Counted from the stretch's first letter, positions 33,003 to 43,523 are shown. The stretch is 63,424 nucleotides of DNA from a bacterium (GCA_963605225.1 CAVCUC010000001.1:1-63424), one strand, 5' to 3'. Numbers and translations: made by a program. Notes: a model not told the origin generated them from the sequence alone.

Positions 33003-33590
33003 TTAATTAAATTCAATTGTATATTCATCCAAATTATATTGATTTGAGAAGAATGCTTTTAATAATGTTTTAGCATTATCTTTTGCTTTATCATAAATGC
33101 CATTATTGATTGCGTCTTCTTTAGCTTGCTCTTGCATTTCTTGAAGTGCATCGTTGTTATCTTCTAAAGTAATTCTTTTGAAGATACTTTCTTTTTCATA
33201 ATAAACTTTAAAAGAATCTGTTAACACTTCTATACTAAGCAACTTTTCTTCAGGAAGAGTAACGGTAATCGCTTTATTTTCTTCATCTACTTCATAAGTG
33301 ATTGCACTAAAATCATATCCTGCTTTCACTTCAAAATCATAGCTATAGATATAGTGGCTTTGTGTAAAAGGAATTTCCATACCAAATAAAGTTTGTGAAG
33401 CTTGTTCTGTATGAACAATTGTTCCAATCATTTCTTGTGTAGCTAATTCACCAATATCTTCAAAACCTAGTTTTACAATTCTACTATTATCTTCTTGCGT
33501 TGTATTCGCGTTTGAAATTGCAAAATATCCACCAATTGTTAGTGCTACACCTAAGATAATTCCTATTAATACTCCCTGTAATTTTTTCAT
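33003..33590 (-). CDS. DUF4230-family membrane-anchored protein
   Basis: N-terminal transmembrane helix, GELAT, VKAGYD, ITVTLP, A..NA motif. Confidence 0.75.
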   Translation of the reverse strand: MKKLQGVLIGIILGVALTIGGYFAISNANTTQEDNSRIVKLGFEDIGELATQEMIGTIVHTEQASQTLFGMEIPFTQSHYIYSYDFEVKAGYDFSAITYEVDEENKAITVTLPEEKLLSIEVLTDSFKVYYEKESIFKRITLEDNNDALQEMQEQAKEDAINNGIYDKAKDNAKTLLKAFFSNQYNLDEYTIEFN

Positions 33591-33599
33591 AACTCACTC

Positions 33600-34076
33600 C
33601 TATTTATGATATGGTTCATTTCTTCTAATACGATATGCGCGATAAATTTGTTCAATTAAGATTAATCGACAAAGTTGATGCGGAAATGTATTTTCAGATA
33701 ATTTCCATCTAAAGTTTGCACGAGAAATTAAGCCATCTGATACACCAAGAGATCCACCAATCACAAATGTAATCTTACTTTTACCACTTGTATTGAGTTC
33801 ATCCATCTTGTTTGCAAGTTCTACTGAACCTAGTTCTTTCCCTTTCAAGTCTAATAAGATGACATATTCATCATCTTTAATCTTTTTTAGAATCTTTTCA
33901 CCTTCTGTTTGTTTAATCTTATTCACAATTGCACTTGGTGCTTCATCAGGTGTTTTTTCATCATCTACTTCTATGATTTCTATCTTTTCATAAGCAGTAA
34001 TTCTTTTGAAATATTCTTGTATACCATCTTTTAGCCATTTTTCTTTTATATGCCCACAAGCAACAATCTTAATCAT
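33600..34076 (-). CDS. rlmH: 23S rRNA pseudouridine-1915 N3-methyltransferase
   Basis: FVIGGSLG, TFPHQL, EQIYRA, EPYHK. Confidence 0.97.
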   Translation of the reverse strand: MIKIVACGHIKEKWLKDGIQEYFKRITAYEKIEIIEVDDEKTPDEAPSAIVNKIKQTEGEKILKKIKDDEYVILLDLKGKELGSVELANKMDELNTSGKSKITFVIGGSLGVSDGLISRANFRWKLSENTFPHQLCRLILIEQIYRAYRIRRNEPYHK

Positions 34077-35140
34077 TTCAGAACCACCGTTTCTGTAATT
34101 AAACTTCCTTGACGATTAACTGTAATATTCACTGTTTCTTCTTTTTGAATGCCATATAAGAATTCTCTTAAATCTTTTAGACTATGAATTTCTGTTTCAT
34201 TGATACCAACAATAACATCATTCATTTGTATTCCTGATAACATTGCTGGACTATTTTCTAATACTCTAGTCACTAGTACACCATCCACAATATCTAGTTG
34301 TAATGAGAAAGAACTCTTTTCATATGCTTGTATATCTTCAACGTTTCTTCCAATTACACCAAGATATCCTCTTTCTACAGTATCCGTAGAAATCATTTCA
34401 TCGACTACTAGTTTTAATTCATTAACCGATATCGCTGATGCGTACTTTGAATTATTACTAATCATCTTTTTTGATAACATACCAACCATATCGCCATTAA
34501 CGTTAAATAATGGTGCACCAGTAGAAATATCCGTTGTCACAATATCCGTAAGTAATACTTCATTAATATGATTTTCACTACTAGCTTGCGTTTGCATCAA
34601 AGAAGAAATTACACCAAAGCTAACAACTCCAGCATCTGTTTCTTCATCTCTTCCAGATAATGAGAAAACATATTCTCCAGTTTTTAAAATATCACTATCT
34701 CCTAATGTAATCGCTTCTGTATCAAAATCAGGTGTCACTAGTAATACAGCAATATCTGTATCTTCATCTTTACCAAGCACTTCTGCTTTTAAGGAAACAT
34801 TATTATCAAAGCGAACTGTTAAAACATCTTCTTCACCAATTGAAGAACAACTTGTCACAATATATGTTCCATTACTATTAGATGAATAAATTACACCAGA
34901 CATAGATACATTTTTATTGTCTGTAAAGATATTTACAGTAACAATTTTAGCTTGTACCTTTTCTATCGCTTCTGTTAATTCTGTTGTATAGCCATGGACT
35001 GTATGAGAAATTACTGCCGTTTCTGTATTTTCTTCTATTTCTTTAGAGGTATTATTTTTGGCAATAGAAAGTAAACTAAACGTTACGATAACGTTCCATA
35101 CCAATAGCCCTATAACAAGAGCCAAATATATTTTTTTCAT
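34073..35140 (-). CDS. HtrA/DegP-like membrane protein with PDZ domain; catalytic motifs degenerate
   Basis: Transmembrane anchor, trypsin-like layout (SGVIY, DIAVL, LGDSD), RGYLGV PDZ motif; syntenic between walJ and rlmH. Start ATG 35140. Confidence 0.85.
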   Translation of the reverse strand: MKKIYLALVIGLLVWNVIVTFSLLSIAKNNTSKEIEENTETAVISHTVHGYTTELTEAIEKVQAKIVTVNIFTDNKNVSMSGVIYSSNSNGTYIVTSCSSIGEEDVLTVRFDNNVSLKAEVLGKDEDTDIAVLLVTPDFDTEAITLGDSDILKTGEYVFSLSGRDEETDAGVVSFGVISSLMQTQASSENHINEVLLTDIVTTDISTGAPLFNVNGDMVGMLSKKMISNNSKYASAISVNELKLVVDEMISTDTVERGYLGVIGRNVEDIQAYEKSSFSLQLDIVDGVLVTRVLENSPAMLSGIQMNDVIVGINETEIHSLKDLREFLYGIQKEETVNITVNRQGSLITETVVLK

Positions 35141-35885
35141 TGTCTTCACCTCCATGCTCTATTTCAAATTGTCCTGCACTACAAACAACTAAATCTTTAT
35201 TTAATGAACCAGAATGTTTTAGTAATCTCTCACATGTTACTTCTAATGCTTTTTCTCTAGTATTCGCTTCTTGACTGATATGTGCTAAAACAATCATTTT
35301 TGTTTTCTCGCTAACAATCTTATCTAATACATTTGCCGCATCTTCATTACATAAGTGTCCTGAATCTGACGTAATTCTTTGTTTAAGATAATATGGTCTA
35401 GAAGTAGCCATGAGTTGAGCAATATCATGATTACTTTCTAAGATAATATAATCTGCACCTTGTAGTAAGGGAATATACTTATCTTTTATATAACCTGTAT
35501 CTGTAATATAAACAAGTTTTTCTTTCCATGATTCAAAGATATATCCTGTTGTCTTTTCAGCATCATGGGATAAAGCAATAGGACGAATTGTGATATGTTC
35601 TAATTGTATAGGAACATCACTTTCTACGCGAATCGTATCCACTTTATTAATCTCTATTGGTGAATATACAGGATAATCCTTAAACATCTTTATTTGTGAA
35701 ATGTGGTCAGAATGCGTATGAGTAATAAATATCGCATCTAAATCTTTTAAATCAAAACCAATTTCTTCAAAAGCACTCGTTAAATATTTCTTTGTTGATC
35801 CACAATCCACAACAACATTAAAATGCTCATCTTGTAATAAGAAACAATTTCCTTTAGAGCCACTCGCTAACAAATAAAATCTCAT
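35076..35885 (-). CDS. walJ: MBL-fold metallohydrolase, WalJ/YycJ-like
   Basis: LASGSKGN, THTHSDH, SHDA, ESNHD, GHLCN, LAHIS. ATG 35885 overlaps the upstream stop. Confidence 0.85.
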   Translation of the reverse strand: MRFYLLASGSKGNCFLLQDEHFNVVVDCGSTKKYLTSAFEEIGFDLKDLDAIFITHTHSDHISQIKMFKDYPVYSPIEINKVDTIRVESDVPIQLEHITIRPIALSHDAEKTTGYIFESWKEKLVYITDTGYIKDKYIPLLQGADYIILESNHDIAQLMATSRPYYLKQRITSDSGHLCNEDAANVLDKIVSEKTKMIVLAHISQEANTREKALEVTCERLLKHSGSLNKDLVVCSAGQFEIEHGGEDNEKNIFGSCYRAIGMERYRNV

Positions 35886-37411
35886 TGTAATGCTGTACAA
35901 TCAAGGAAACCATCACATGGATTCTTGATTACTCCATTCTGTTCGATATAGAAGTGAACATGTGGTCCTGTAGCTCTACCAGTCATACCAATTTGTCCAA
36001 TATAATCACCTTTATCTACTATCGTACCTACTTCTAGTGGGCTTCTAATAGACATGTGACCGTAATATGTCATTTCACCATTGTTATGATCAATAACGAT
36101 ATAGTTTCCACTAATACCATCATAGTTATTCTTCACGACAATACCACGATCTGCCGCATATATCTTCCCATATAAATCATATAGATTTTGAATATCAATT
36201 GCTTCATGGAAGTGAGGTGAAGTATAACAACCCCAACCACAAGATATTGTAGGATTTTCAATAGGCCAACGATATGTTCCCGTTCCTACTCCTGGCGTTT
36301 CCATAGAACCTACTGCCACAACTTCATCTATTGCTTGAAGAGTCACAACACTAGATTTCAAAGTACCATTTACAAGTACACCATTAATCCATTTTTCTTC
36401 GTATAATGCGTTACGGCTACCACTTACACCACTCTCAATGATTTCTGATTGACCAACACGAACCGTATCATCTTCAACATATACCGTAGAAGGATAAACT
36501 TCTTCTTTACGCATACTTTCTTTTGTGACCACAACATCAATGATTGGTTCAAAGTAAGTTACACAAAGCTCTTCACCTTCTGTTAGGATTTGGTCTACAC
36601 TTGAGATTTTATCTCTATTGATATTCATCACTTGTGTAGCGGATAAACCTTTATTCTTTGAACCAACACCAGCTACTGTGTCATATTCTTGTACTACATA
36701 GTACTCTTTTTCACTTGTATCACCATATTCGATATATTCTAAAATATCTTCTTTAGAAGTTAATACTTCATCCGGCATTGCATAAGAATCTGTAAAAGTA
36801 ATTGTTTGTGAAATGGATAAGCTTGTAGAACGAGTATCATATGAAGTTAATGTTGCTGGTTCTTGACCATTGAGTAATAGTGATAATTCATCACTATCCA
36901 CAAAGTAAGAAAGATATTCCATTAAAGCTTCATTATAAACATCTTTATTTTTAACATATACTTCTGCATATACTCCATTTTCGTCACTAAAACGAACTAG
37001 AGTTGCTTTAATGGAAAATAATTGATTTTCTTTTAAATAATTTAAGATCTCATCATCTTTATTTTCATAGTTAAAATAAGATTGTTCTTCTATCACATAT
37101 ACATTTTTTCCTAAAGATAATTTTGAGTCAGGGAATAATGTCATATAGCTTTCTTCATAAATATCATTCAAAAAGCTATTTAACTTGTTCTCGCTAGACA
37201 AAACTCCAATTAATTTACTAGATTCATATAACTTATAAATCGTTTTAGGACTAGTTGAAACACTAGTAATTGTTTGGTTAATGACATTATCTTCTGCCGC
37301 TTCTGTTTCATAAGAGTTATGCGATAAATAACTAGATTCACCCGGCACAAAAATAACGATTACAATCGCCAAAAATAAACTTATCACTAGTATCACTATA
37401 TTTTTTGCCAT
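35882..37411 (-). CDS. Membrane-anchored LysM/G5/M23 peptidoglycan endopeptidase
   Basis: LysM-like YYVVQEYDT, G5-like segment, M23 motifs HEAID and GPHVHF. Confidence 0.88.
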   Translation of the reverse strand: MAKNIVILVISLFLAIVIVIFVPGESSYLSHNSYETEAAEDNVINQTITSVSTSPKTIYKLYESSKLIGVLSSENKLNSFLNDIYEESYMTLFPDSKLSLGKNVYVIEEQSYFNYENKDDEILNYLKENQLFSIKATLVRFSDENGVYAEVYVKNKDVYNEALMEYLSYFVDSDELSLLLNGQEPATLTSYDTRSTSLSISQTITFTDSYAMPDEVLTSKEDILEYIEYGDTSEKEYYVVQEYDTVAGVGSKNKGLSATQVMNINRDKISSVDQILTEGEELCVTYFEPIIDVVVTKESMRKEEVYPSTVYVEDDTVRVGQSEIIESGVSGSRNALYEEKWINGVLVNGTLKSSVVTLQAIDEVVAVGSMETPGVGTGTYRWPIENPTISCGWGCYTSPHFHEAIDIQNLYDLYGKIYAADRGIVVKNNYDGISGNYIVIDHNNGEMTYYGHMSIRSPLEVGTIVDKGDYIGQIGMTGRATGPHVHFYIEQNGVIKNPCDGFLDCTALQ

Positions 37412-37414
37412 CTT

Positions 37415-38773
37415 TTACTCCGTCATATTTGCATAGTTCATACATGCATTGGTATTTGCTTCAAAAGCCAAATAGAATTTACATGTTTCACCATTTCTAT
37501 GTTTTGCTATATTTACTTCTAATTGTTCCGAATTATTTTCACGTGCTTCTTCTTTGACTTTTTCATCATAGTAAGATTCACGGAATAACATCATAACAAT
37601 ATCCGCATCCTGCTCGATTGCTCCAGATTCACGTAAGTCACTTAACATTGGTCTTTTATCTTGTCTCGTTTCAACAGTACGTGATAATTGGGATAAAGCT
37701 ACTACCGGAACTTTTAATTCTCTTGCTAAAGCTTTTAAACTACGAGAAATATCTGATACTTCTTGTTGTCTAGATACATCTCTTCCACTACTACTTGACG
37801 CAATTAACTGGATATAGTCAATTAACACAAGATCTAAGCCTTGTTCTGCTTGTAATTTACGACATTTACTAAATATTTCTGATACTTTTACCGCTGGTGT
37901 ATCATCCATATATAGCTTTAATCCTTTTAAATCGACAATTGCTTCATTAACTGCATTCCATTCATTATTCGATAAATGGCCTGTTTTAATATGGTCACCT
38001 GGCACACGGCTTTTAGCACTCAATAAACGCATACCTAATTGTTCAATCGGCATTTCTAGTGAGAATATCGCAACCGCACCTTTACCACGATTATGTTCTG
38101 CTGTTTGTAAAGCAAAGTTTAATGCAACAGCTGTTTTACCCATAGATGGACGAGCAGCTAAAATAACTAAATCGCCTCTTTGGAAACCATGTGTTATACG
38201 ATCGAAATCTTTAAATCCTGTTTCTACACCAGTAATTAAAGATTTTTGTTCTGCCATTTGTTGAATCTTCGCTAATACATTGTTGAATATTTCAGGTGAA
38301 GCAGTAAAATCATTTGTTCTACGATTATGAGAAATACTTAGAACAGATTTTTCTGCTGTATCTAGGTATTCATTGATGTCTGTTTGACCGGCATAACCAT
38401 CCTCAGCGATTTTTTCAGCAGTTTCAATCATGTTACGCATGATGGCTTTATCATGAACCATCGTGACATAGTTTTTAGTATTGGCACTAGTTACTGCAGC
38501 ATCAGTTAATCTTGTTAAATAGGAAAAGCCTCCTACATTATCTAATAGACCTAAGTCCTTTAGACGTGTAGAAGTTGTTGTAATATCAATCGCTGCTCCT
38601 TCTTGATACAAGCTATCTATTGCCTTAAAAATACGTTTATTTGCTTCAGCATAGAAATCATCTTCACTTAATCCTTCTTCCATCGCTATACGCGCAGAAC
38701 CAGGATAAATCATCATTGTACCAAGTAGACTCGCTTCCGCTTCAACAGCAGAAGGCATTACTTTTAGTGGCAT
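37415..38773 (-). CDS. dnaB: Replicative DNA helicase
   Basis: AARPSMGKT, IDYIQL, LSQLSR, DLRESGAIEQDAD, KHRNG. Confidence 0.97.
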   Translation of the reverse strand: MPLKVMPSAVEAEASLLGTMMIYPGSARIAMEEGLSEDDFYAEANKRIFKAIDSLYQEGAAIDITTTSTRLKDLGLLDNVGGFSYLTRLTDAAVTSANTKNYVTMVHDKAIMRNMIETAEKIAEDGYAGQTDINEYLDTAEKSVLSISHNRRTNDFTASPEIFNNVLAKIQQMAEQKSLITGVETGFKDFDRITHGFQRGDLVILAARPSMGKTAVALNFALQTAEHNRGKGAVAIFSLEMPIEQLGMRLLSAKSRVPGDHIKTGHLSNNEWNAVNEAIVDLKGLKLYMDDTPAVKVSEIFSKCRKLQAEQGLDLVLIDYIQLIASSSSGRDVSRQQEVSDISRSLKALARELKVPVVALSQLSRTVETRQDKRPMLSDLRESGAIEQDADIVMMLFRESYYDEKVKEEARENNSEQLEVNIAKHRNGETCKFYLAFEANTNACMNYANMTE

Positions 38774-38776
38774 ATA

Positions 38777-39223
38777 CTAGTCTTTTCCTTTTACTTCACA
38801 ATTTACTGTCGCAATAACACCTTTATATAATTCAACTCTAACTTTAGTTACACCTAAGCTAACAATAGGAGCTGTATCTAAAATCTTACGTTTATCTACT
38901 TTATATCCATTCTTATGTAGTTCTTCTACGATTTGTTTTGTACTTACAGAACCAAATACTCTTCCTTCAGCACCAGAATTTACATGGAATGTGAACTTCT
39001 TTGTTTCTAATTCTTTAGCAAGTTCTTCTGCTTCTTTCTTTAAACGAGCATCTTCTTCTTTTTCAGCTTGTTTTTGTTCTGCTAGAATTTCTCTACTTTT
39101 TTCTGTAGAAACTACTGCTAATCCTCTAGCAATTAAATAGTTTCTTCCATAACCATCAGATACTTCAACAATATCGCCTTTTTTACCAACTTTTTTAACA
39201 TCAGTCTTAAGAATCACTTTCAT
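38777..39223 (-). CDS. rplI: 50S ribosomal protein L9
   Basis: MKVIL...GKKGDIVEVSDGYGRNYL, FGSVS. Confidence 0.98.
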   Translation of the reverse strand: MKVILKTDVKKVGKKGDIVEVSDGYGRNYLIARGLAVVSTEKSREILAEQKQAEKEEDARLKKEAEELAKELETKKFTFHVNSGAEGRVFGSVSTKQIVEELHKNGYKVDKRKILDTAPIVSLGVTKVRVELYKGVIATVNCEVKGKD

Positions 39224-41180
39224 CTTTACCTACCTCCTGAAAATAATTTTCTAGCGCATCAGCTAGTTCTTTTTCTAAATCATCCATATTACATTTTGGT
39301 CTTTGCATTGCGGCAGCTGTCATATGACCTCCACCATGCAACGCTTCCATGACCATCTGTACATTTACTTTACCATTACTTCTTGCACTTATCGCAATTT
39401 GATCATCAGATGGGCATGCAATAACAAATACTGCATCCACATTTTGAATTTGTAATAAGGCATCAGCACATTGTGACATTAAGGAACGAGTAACAATCTT
39501 ACCCTTTACTGGAGTAATAATCACGTGATGAGGATAGTTCTTACTCATTGCCATGATAGATGACTTGAGTGAGAATTCACTATATGTATCTTTTAAATAC
39601 TCATTTACTTTTTGAGGATCTGCACCCATTCTTCTTAGAGAACTAGCCGCATCATATGTTCTAGCACCTGTTCTTACAACAAAGTGTCCTGTATCAATCG
39701 TCATACCTGCTAACATAATTGTCGCATCTAATTCAGATATCTCAATATGATGAGAGATATATGGAATTAACTCTGTAATTAACTCACAAGCACTACTAGC
39801 CCCTGCTTCAATATACATAAATATTGGTTTAACACCCATATCTGTACTACGTCTATGGTGGTCAATAATCGCAATATTTTTCGCTTGTTCTAACACCTTA
39901 GCACCATTTGATTGCTTGATATTATGATGGTCAACCATAATAACAAGAGTTTTAGGATGAAGTTGATTTAAAGCTTCATTTTCTGTCACAAATGATACTT
40001 CTTCCGCTAGTTCTTCTTTATTTGCATCTAGAACTGCTTTTAATTTAGCTTCTACACCACCAGTTTTTTCAATAATGCATACTTGTTTACGTAACTTTTT
40101 CGCAAAGTAAGAAACACCTAAAGCACTACCCATGCAATCAAAATCTTGTTCCTTATGTCCAACAATAATGACATTTGAACTTCTACTGATTAATTCTCTT
40201 AAAGAGTGACCCATGACTCTAACACGAACTCTACTTCTTTTTTCGACTGCTTCTGTTGAGCCACCGAAGTACTTCACATCTTCACCAGCTCTTTGTACTG
40301 CAACTTGGTCACCACCACGAGTTTGTGCTAAATCCATTAAGTTAATAACCATTTCATCTAATATTCCATAGTTATCTGTTCCCATCGCAAAAGCCATAGA
40401 TAATGTGATAGATACTTCTTGTTTAACTGCAGCTTTTCTTACTGTATTTAAAATTGAGAAATGGTCTGCAGCTAAATCACTAAATATCTTTTCATTTAAG
40501 ATTAATAAGTAGCGATAGTTATTCACTCTTCTTACTAAGATGCCGTGATCCTTACAATATTCTGTAAAAGGCGTACGAACTGCTACATTGATATTGGATA
40601 CCGCAGCTTCATCTTCATATTGCGTACTTTCTTCATAGTTATCAAGGGATGCCATACCAATTACTGGTCGTTCATCTTCATATGCCAATTGATAATTATG
40701 TTTATCAGTAATGTCTTTAAAAAAGAGAACTGGTTCATCTTCTTTCTTTGTGATTTCATATATTTTTTCATCGAGCTGTACTTCAGCAGTATCGCTATCT
40801 CCATGGATTAAAGACTCAGCTTCAGGAATCCATACAAGTACTTTTTTACCAACACGATTAATCCCACGATTATAGAACAAATCACTCATCCAAGTAATGA
40901 CATGATTATCATCATAGGCAACCATACCAATACCACCATACAAATAAGCTTCTTTCGCTGTATTGCCTAGTATTTCTCTAACACCAACTGTTTGTTCTTC
41001 TTTTAGTTTATCAAAACGATCAGTCAAATAGATATACATGAAAATTTGAACGATTGCCATGGCAATAGAAATAAAATACCAGAAATCATAGCCAAGAAAC
41101 GAAAATGCAATGATTATAGCAAGTTCAATAAATACTAAAATAATTAAAGCTCTTCTAACTCTATTTATCTTTTTTAGCAT
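39207..41180 (-). CDS. gdpP: Cyclic-di-AMP phosphodiesterase (GdpP/YybT)
   Basis: Two transmembrane helices, degenerate GGDEF (RGGDQV), DHH motifs, DHHA1 GGGH; yybS-gdpP-rplI synteny. Confidence 0.92.
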   Translation of the reverse strand: MLKKINRVRRALIILVFIELAIIIAFSFLGYDFWYFISIAMAIVQIFMYIYLTDRFDKLKEEQTVGVREILGNTAKEAYLYGGIGMVAYDDNHVITWMSDLFYNRGINRVGKKVLVWIPEAESLIHGDSDTAEVQLDEKIYEITKKEDEPVLFFKDITDKHNYQLAYEDERPVIGMASLDNYEESTQYEDEAAVSNINVAVRTPFTEYCKDHGILVRRVNNYRYLLILNEKIFSDLAADHFSILNTVRKAAVKQEVSITLSMAFAMGTDNYGILDEMVINLMDLAQTRGGDQVAVQRAGEDVKYFGGSTEAVEKRSRVRVRVMGHSLRELISRSSNVIIVGHKEQDFDCMGSALGVSYFAKKLRKQVCIIEKTGGVEAKLKAVLDANKEELAEEVSFVTENEALNQLHPKTLVIMVDHHNIKQSNGAKVLEQAKNIAIIDHHRRSTDMGVKPIFMYIEAGASSACELITELIPYISHHIEISELDATIMLAGMTIDTGHFVVRTGARTYDAASSLRRMGADPQKVNEYLKDTYSEFSLKSSIMAMSKNYPHHVIITPVKGKIVTRSLMSQCADALLQIQNVDAVFVIACPSDDQIAISARSNGKVNVQMVMEALHGGGHMTAAAMQRPKCNMDDLEKELADALENYFQEVGKDESDS

Positions 41181-42105
41181 ATGTAGCTCTCCTTAGCATA
41201 TTTGTATGCCAATCTGTTGTAATATACATAAAACCAATTAATGCCATTGGTAACATAAATATCATTGTTAAAAAGAAAGAAATAATTACAAATAAACCTG
41301 CTAATTTTGGATTACTTAATCCTGCTTGAACAATCAAACATACCGCACCCATAAAGCATAAATATACTACGGCACATAAACATACACCTTGAATTAGTGT
41401 TTGTAAGCCTTCATTACTTAATGGTTTATAAACTGTATAGTAATAACCAACTAGTCCTAATAGTCCTAAATAACCAGACCACTTCTTTGGATAATATAAA
41501 GCAAGTGGTGTTGAAGGTGGAATTGTAAAACGTAGTCTTTTTAATAATAATCTAGAAAATACATGTGTGATAATTCCTTGTAATAGACCTGTTAATACTA
41601 CTGAAACAAGTAATACTGTTGTTAACATTTGTTTTAAATTCAACGTTGCAGGAACAGCCATTCCTGTTTCATTCATTGCGTTTGTAATGATGGATTCATA
41701 TTCTGTAAGTTCTGCGCCTAAATCATATCCAAAAAAGCTTGCATAGATAATTGTTGTAATAATATTTACCACAACACTAATCGCAATAGAAATAAACATT
41801 AACTTACGACTATCTTTTTTATCATGAATTCCTGATCCATATACAAGACCTAATAAAGACTCACTAACAACATAGAAGATTGTTTGTGGTGTTCCAATAA
41901 TCGCTGTTAATAATGCAATAGCGACTAAAACAACCCAAGAATCTTTCATCCCATATTTAGCACTATAGAACACCATAGGTAATGGGAAAAAGAATAAAAA
42001 CATTTCTTCAAATAAACCAGCAAATTGCCTATTTACTACTAATATTAATCCAACGATGGCACACATCATTGCCCCATCTGTTATTTTTCTTACACCGTTA
42101 TTCAT
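41161..42105 (-). CDS. YybS/DUF2232 membrane protein
   Basis: Polytopic membrane protein directly upstream of gdpP. Confidence 0.8.
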   Translation of the reverse strand: MNNGVRKITDGAMMCAIVGLILVVNRQFAGLFEEMFLFFFPLPMVFYSAKYGMKDSWVVLVAIALLTAIIGTPQTIFYVVSESLLGLVYGSGIHDKKDSRKLMFISIAISVVVNIITTIIYASFFGYDLGAELTEYESIITNAMNETGMAVPATLNLKQMLTTVLLVSVVLTGLLQGIITHVFSRLLLKRLRFTIPPSTPLALYYPKKWSGYLGLLGLVGYYYTVYKPLSNEGLQTLIQGVCLCAVVYLCFMGAVCLIVQAGLSNPKLAGLFVIISFFLTMIFMLPMALIGFMYITTDWHTNMLRRATYAKKDK

Positions 42106-42174
42106 TTATACCTCTATTTATATAGTAGGAATTATAACATGAAACACGATATTTGAATGCGTTTCGTATAAAGA

Positions 42175-42204
42175 TGTTGACAAGTCAACAAATTCCTGTA
42201 AAAT
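42175..42204 (+). promoter_or_regulatory. marR promoter with a palindromic operator over the -35 box
   Basis: TGTTGAC-AA-GTCAACA (42175-42190) contains TTGACA; TAAAAT at 42199-42204. Confidence 0.65.
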
Positions 42205-42211
42205 ACTTTTC

Positions 42212-42649
42212 ATGAACAAGAGATACGAAAACTTAGATACAGATATATCTAGAATTGATAAAGCACTTCAAAAGATTAAAGAAAAAGAAATGAAGTCATT
42301 TAATTTAAAAGGATCATCTGTACGCATATTGATGATTTTAAATCAATCCACAAATAGCTTAACAGCTTCTAGTCTTTCTAAAGCTAGTGGCTTTGATAAA
42401 GCACATATTTCCCGGGTATTAAAAGGTTTATTAGAACAGGGATTAATTTCTCATTCTAATCAAAAGTATGCCTCAAAAATTAATTTGACCGAAAAAGGTA
42501 AAGAAATATGTGCATCCATTAATACTAAGATTGATGACTATGTTCAAAGAGCCGGGTATAACCTAGACGAGCAAGAAAGACAGATTTTTTATAAAGTACT
42601 ATCCGCTATCGCAGGAAATTTAGAAAAAGCAAGCACACAAGGAGAATAA
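42212..42649 (+). CDS. MarR-family regulator
   Basis: Winged HTH LTASSLSKASGFDKAHISRVLKGL...LTEKG. Confidence 0.9.
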   Translation: MNKRYENLDTDISRIDKALQKIKEKEMKSFNLKGSSVRILMILNQSTNSLTASSLSKASGFDKAHISRVLKGLLEQGLISHSNQKYASKINLTEKGKEICASINTKIDDYVQRAGYNLDEQERQIFYKVLSAIAGNLEKASTQGE

Positions 42650-42652
42650 CAA

Positions 42653-43510
42653 ATGATACAAATTATTACTGATTCAACAAGTGATATCACATTAGAAGAA
42701 GCGAAAAAATATAACATTACAGTATTACCATTAACTGTTCGTTTTGGTACAGAAGAATTCTTAGATGGTCAAACGATTACACCAAAAGAATTCTATGAAA
42801 AGATGATTGAAAGTGATGAACTACCTAAAACTAGTCAAGTTACACCATATGTTTATGAACAAGAATATCTAAAAGCTTATAACAACGGTGATGATATTTT
42901 AGTCATTACTGTAAGTAGTAAACTATCTGGGTGCTACCAAAGTGCAATTAATGCCTCTCTCGCTTTTGGAGAACATGTTTCTATTGTCGATTCAGAACTC
43001 GCTACAATCGGTGAAAAAGCTTTAGTTCTTAAAGCTATCAAACTACGTGATGAAGGTTATTCTCTAAAAGAAATTAGTGAAAAACTAGTAGAAGCGAAAA
43101 AACACCTTCACTTCATAGCCCTATTAAATACACTAGAATATCTAAGAAAAGGCGGAAGAATTTCTGCTGCAGCTGCTATTGCCGGTATGATTATCGGTAT
43201 TAAGCCTGTTATTAGCTTTAAGGATGGCGCAATAGAAGTAATTGGTAAAGCTAGAGGTTCTAAAACAGGAAATAACATGTTAATTAAGTTTGTTCAAGAA
43301 CATGGTCCTATTAACTTTAATGAACCTTTCTGTTTAGGCTATACAGGAAACGATTCTCACCCACTAGATAAATATAAGGAAGATAGTGCTAGTTTATATA
43401 CTGAATTTACAGGTGAATTCGATATTACTACGATTGGTAGTGCAATTGGTACTTATGCTGGTCCTGGTTGTATCGCATTTGCTTTCTTCGATAAAGAAGA
43501 AAACGCCTAA
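42653..43510 (+). CDS. DegV/FakB fatty-acid-binding protein
   Basis: IITDSTSD, PKTSQ, SSKLSG, LRKGGRI, GIKPVI. Confidence 0.93.
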   Translation: MIQIITDSTSDITLEEAKKYNITVLPLTVRFGTEEFLDGQTITPKEFYEKMIESDELPKTSQVTPYVYEQEYLKAYNNGDDILVITVSSKLSGCYQSAINASLAFGEHVSIVDSELATIGEKALVLKAIKLRDEGYSLKEISEKLVEAKKHLHFIALLNTLEYLRKGGRISAAAAIAGMIIGIKPVISFKDGAIEVIGKARGSKTGNNMLIKFVQEHGPINFNEPFCLGYTGNDSHPLDKYKEDSASLYTEFTGEFDITTIGSAIGTYAGPGCIAFAFFDKEENA

Positions 43511-43523
43511 ACTCGTTTGTACT

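Noticed and set aside
33600..33620. rlmH 3' end as the attachment site of the island (SCC/orfX-like)
   Set aside because: The island begins about 1.5 kb away behind two ordinary genes, I found no second copy of the GAACCATATCATAAATAG end, and no recombinase is present.
39207..41180. gdpP as part of the TIR signalling system
   Set aside because: It sits in its conserved yybS-gdpP-rplI-dnaB housekeeping context; proximity is incidental.
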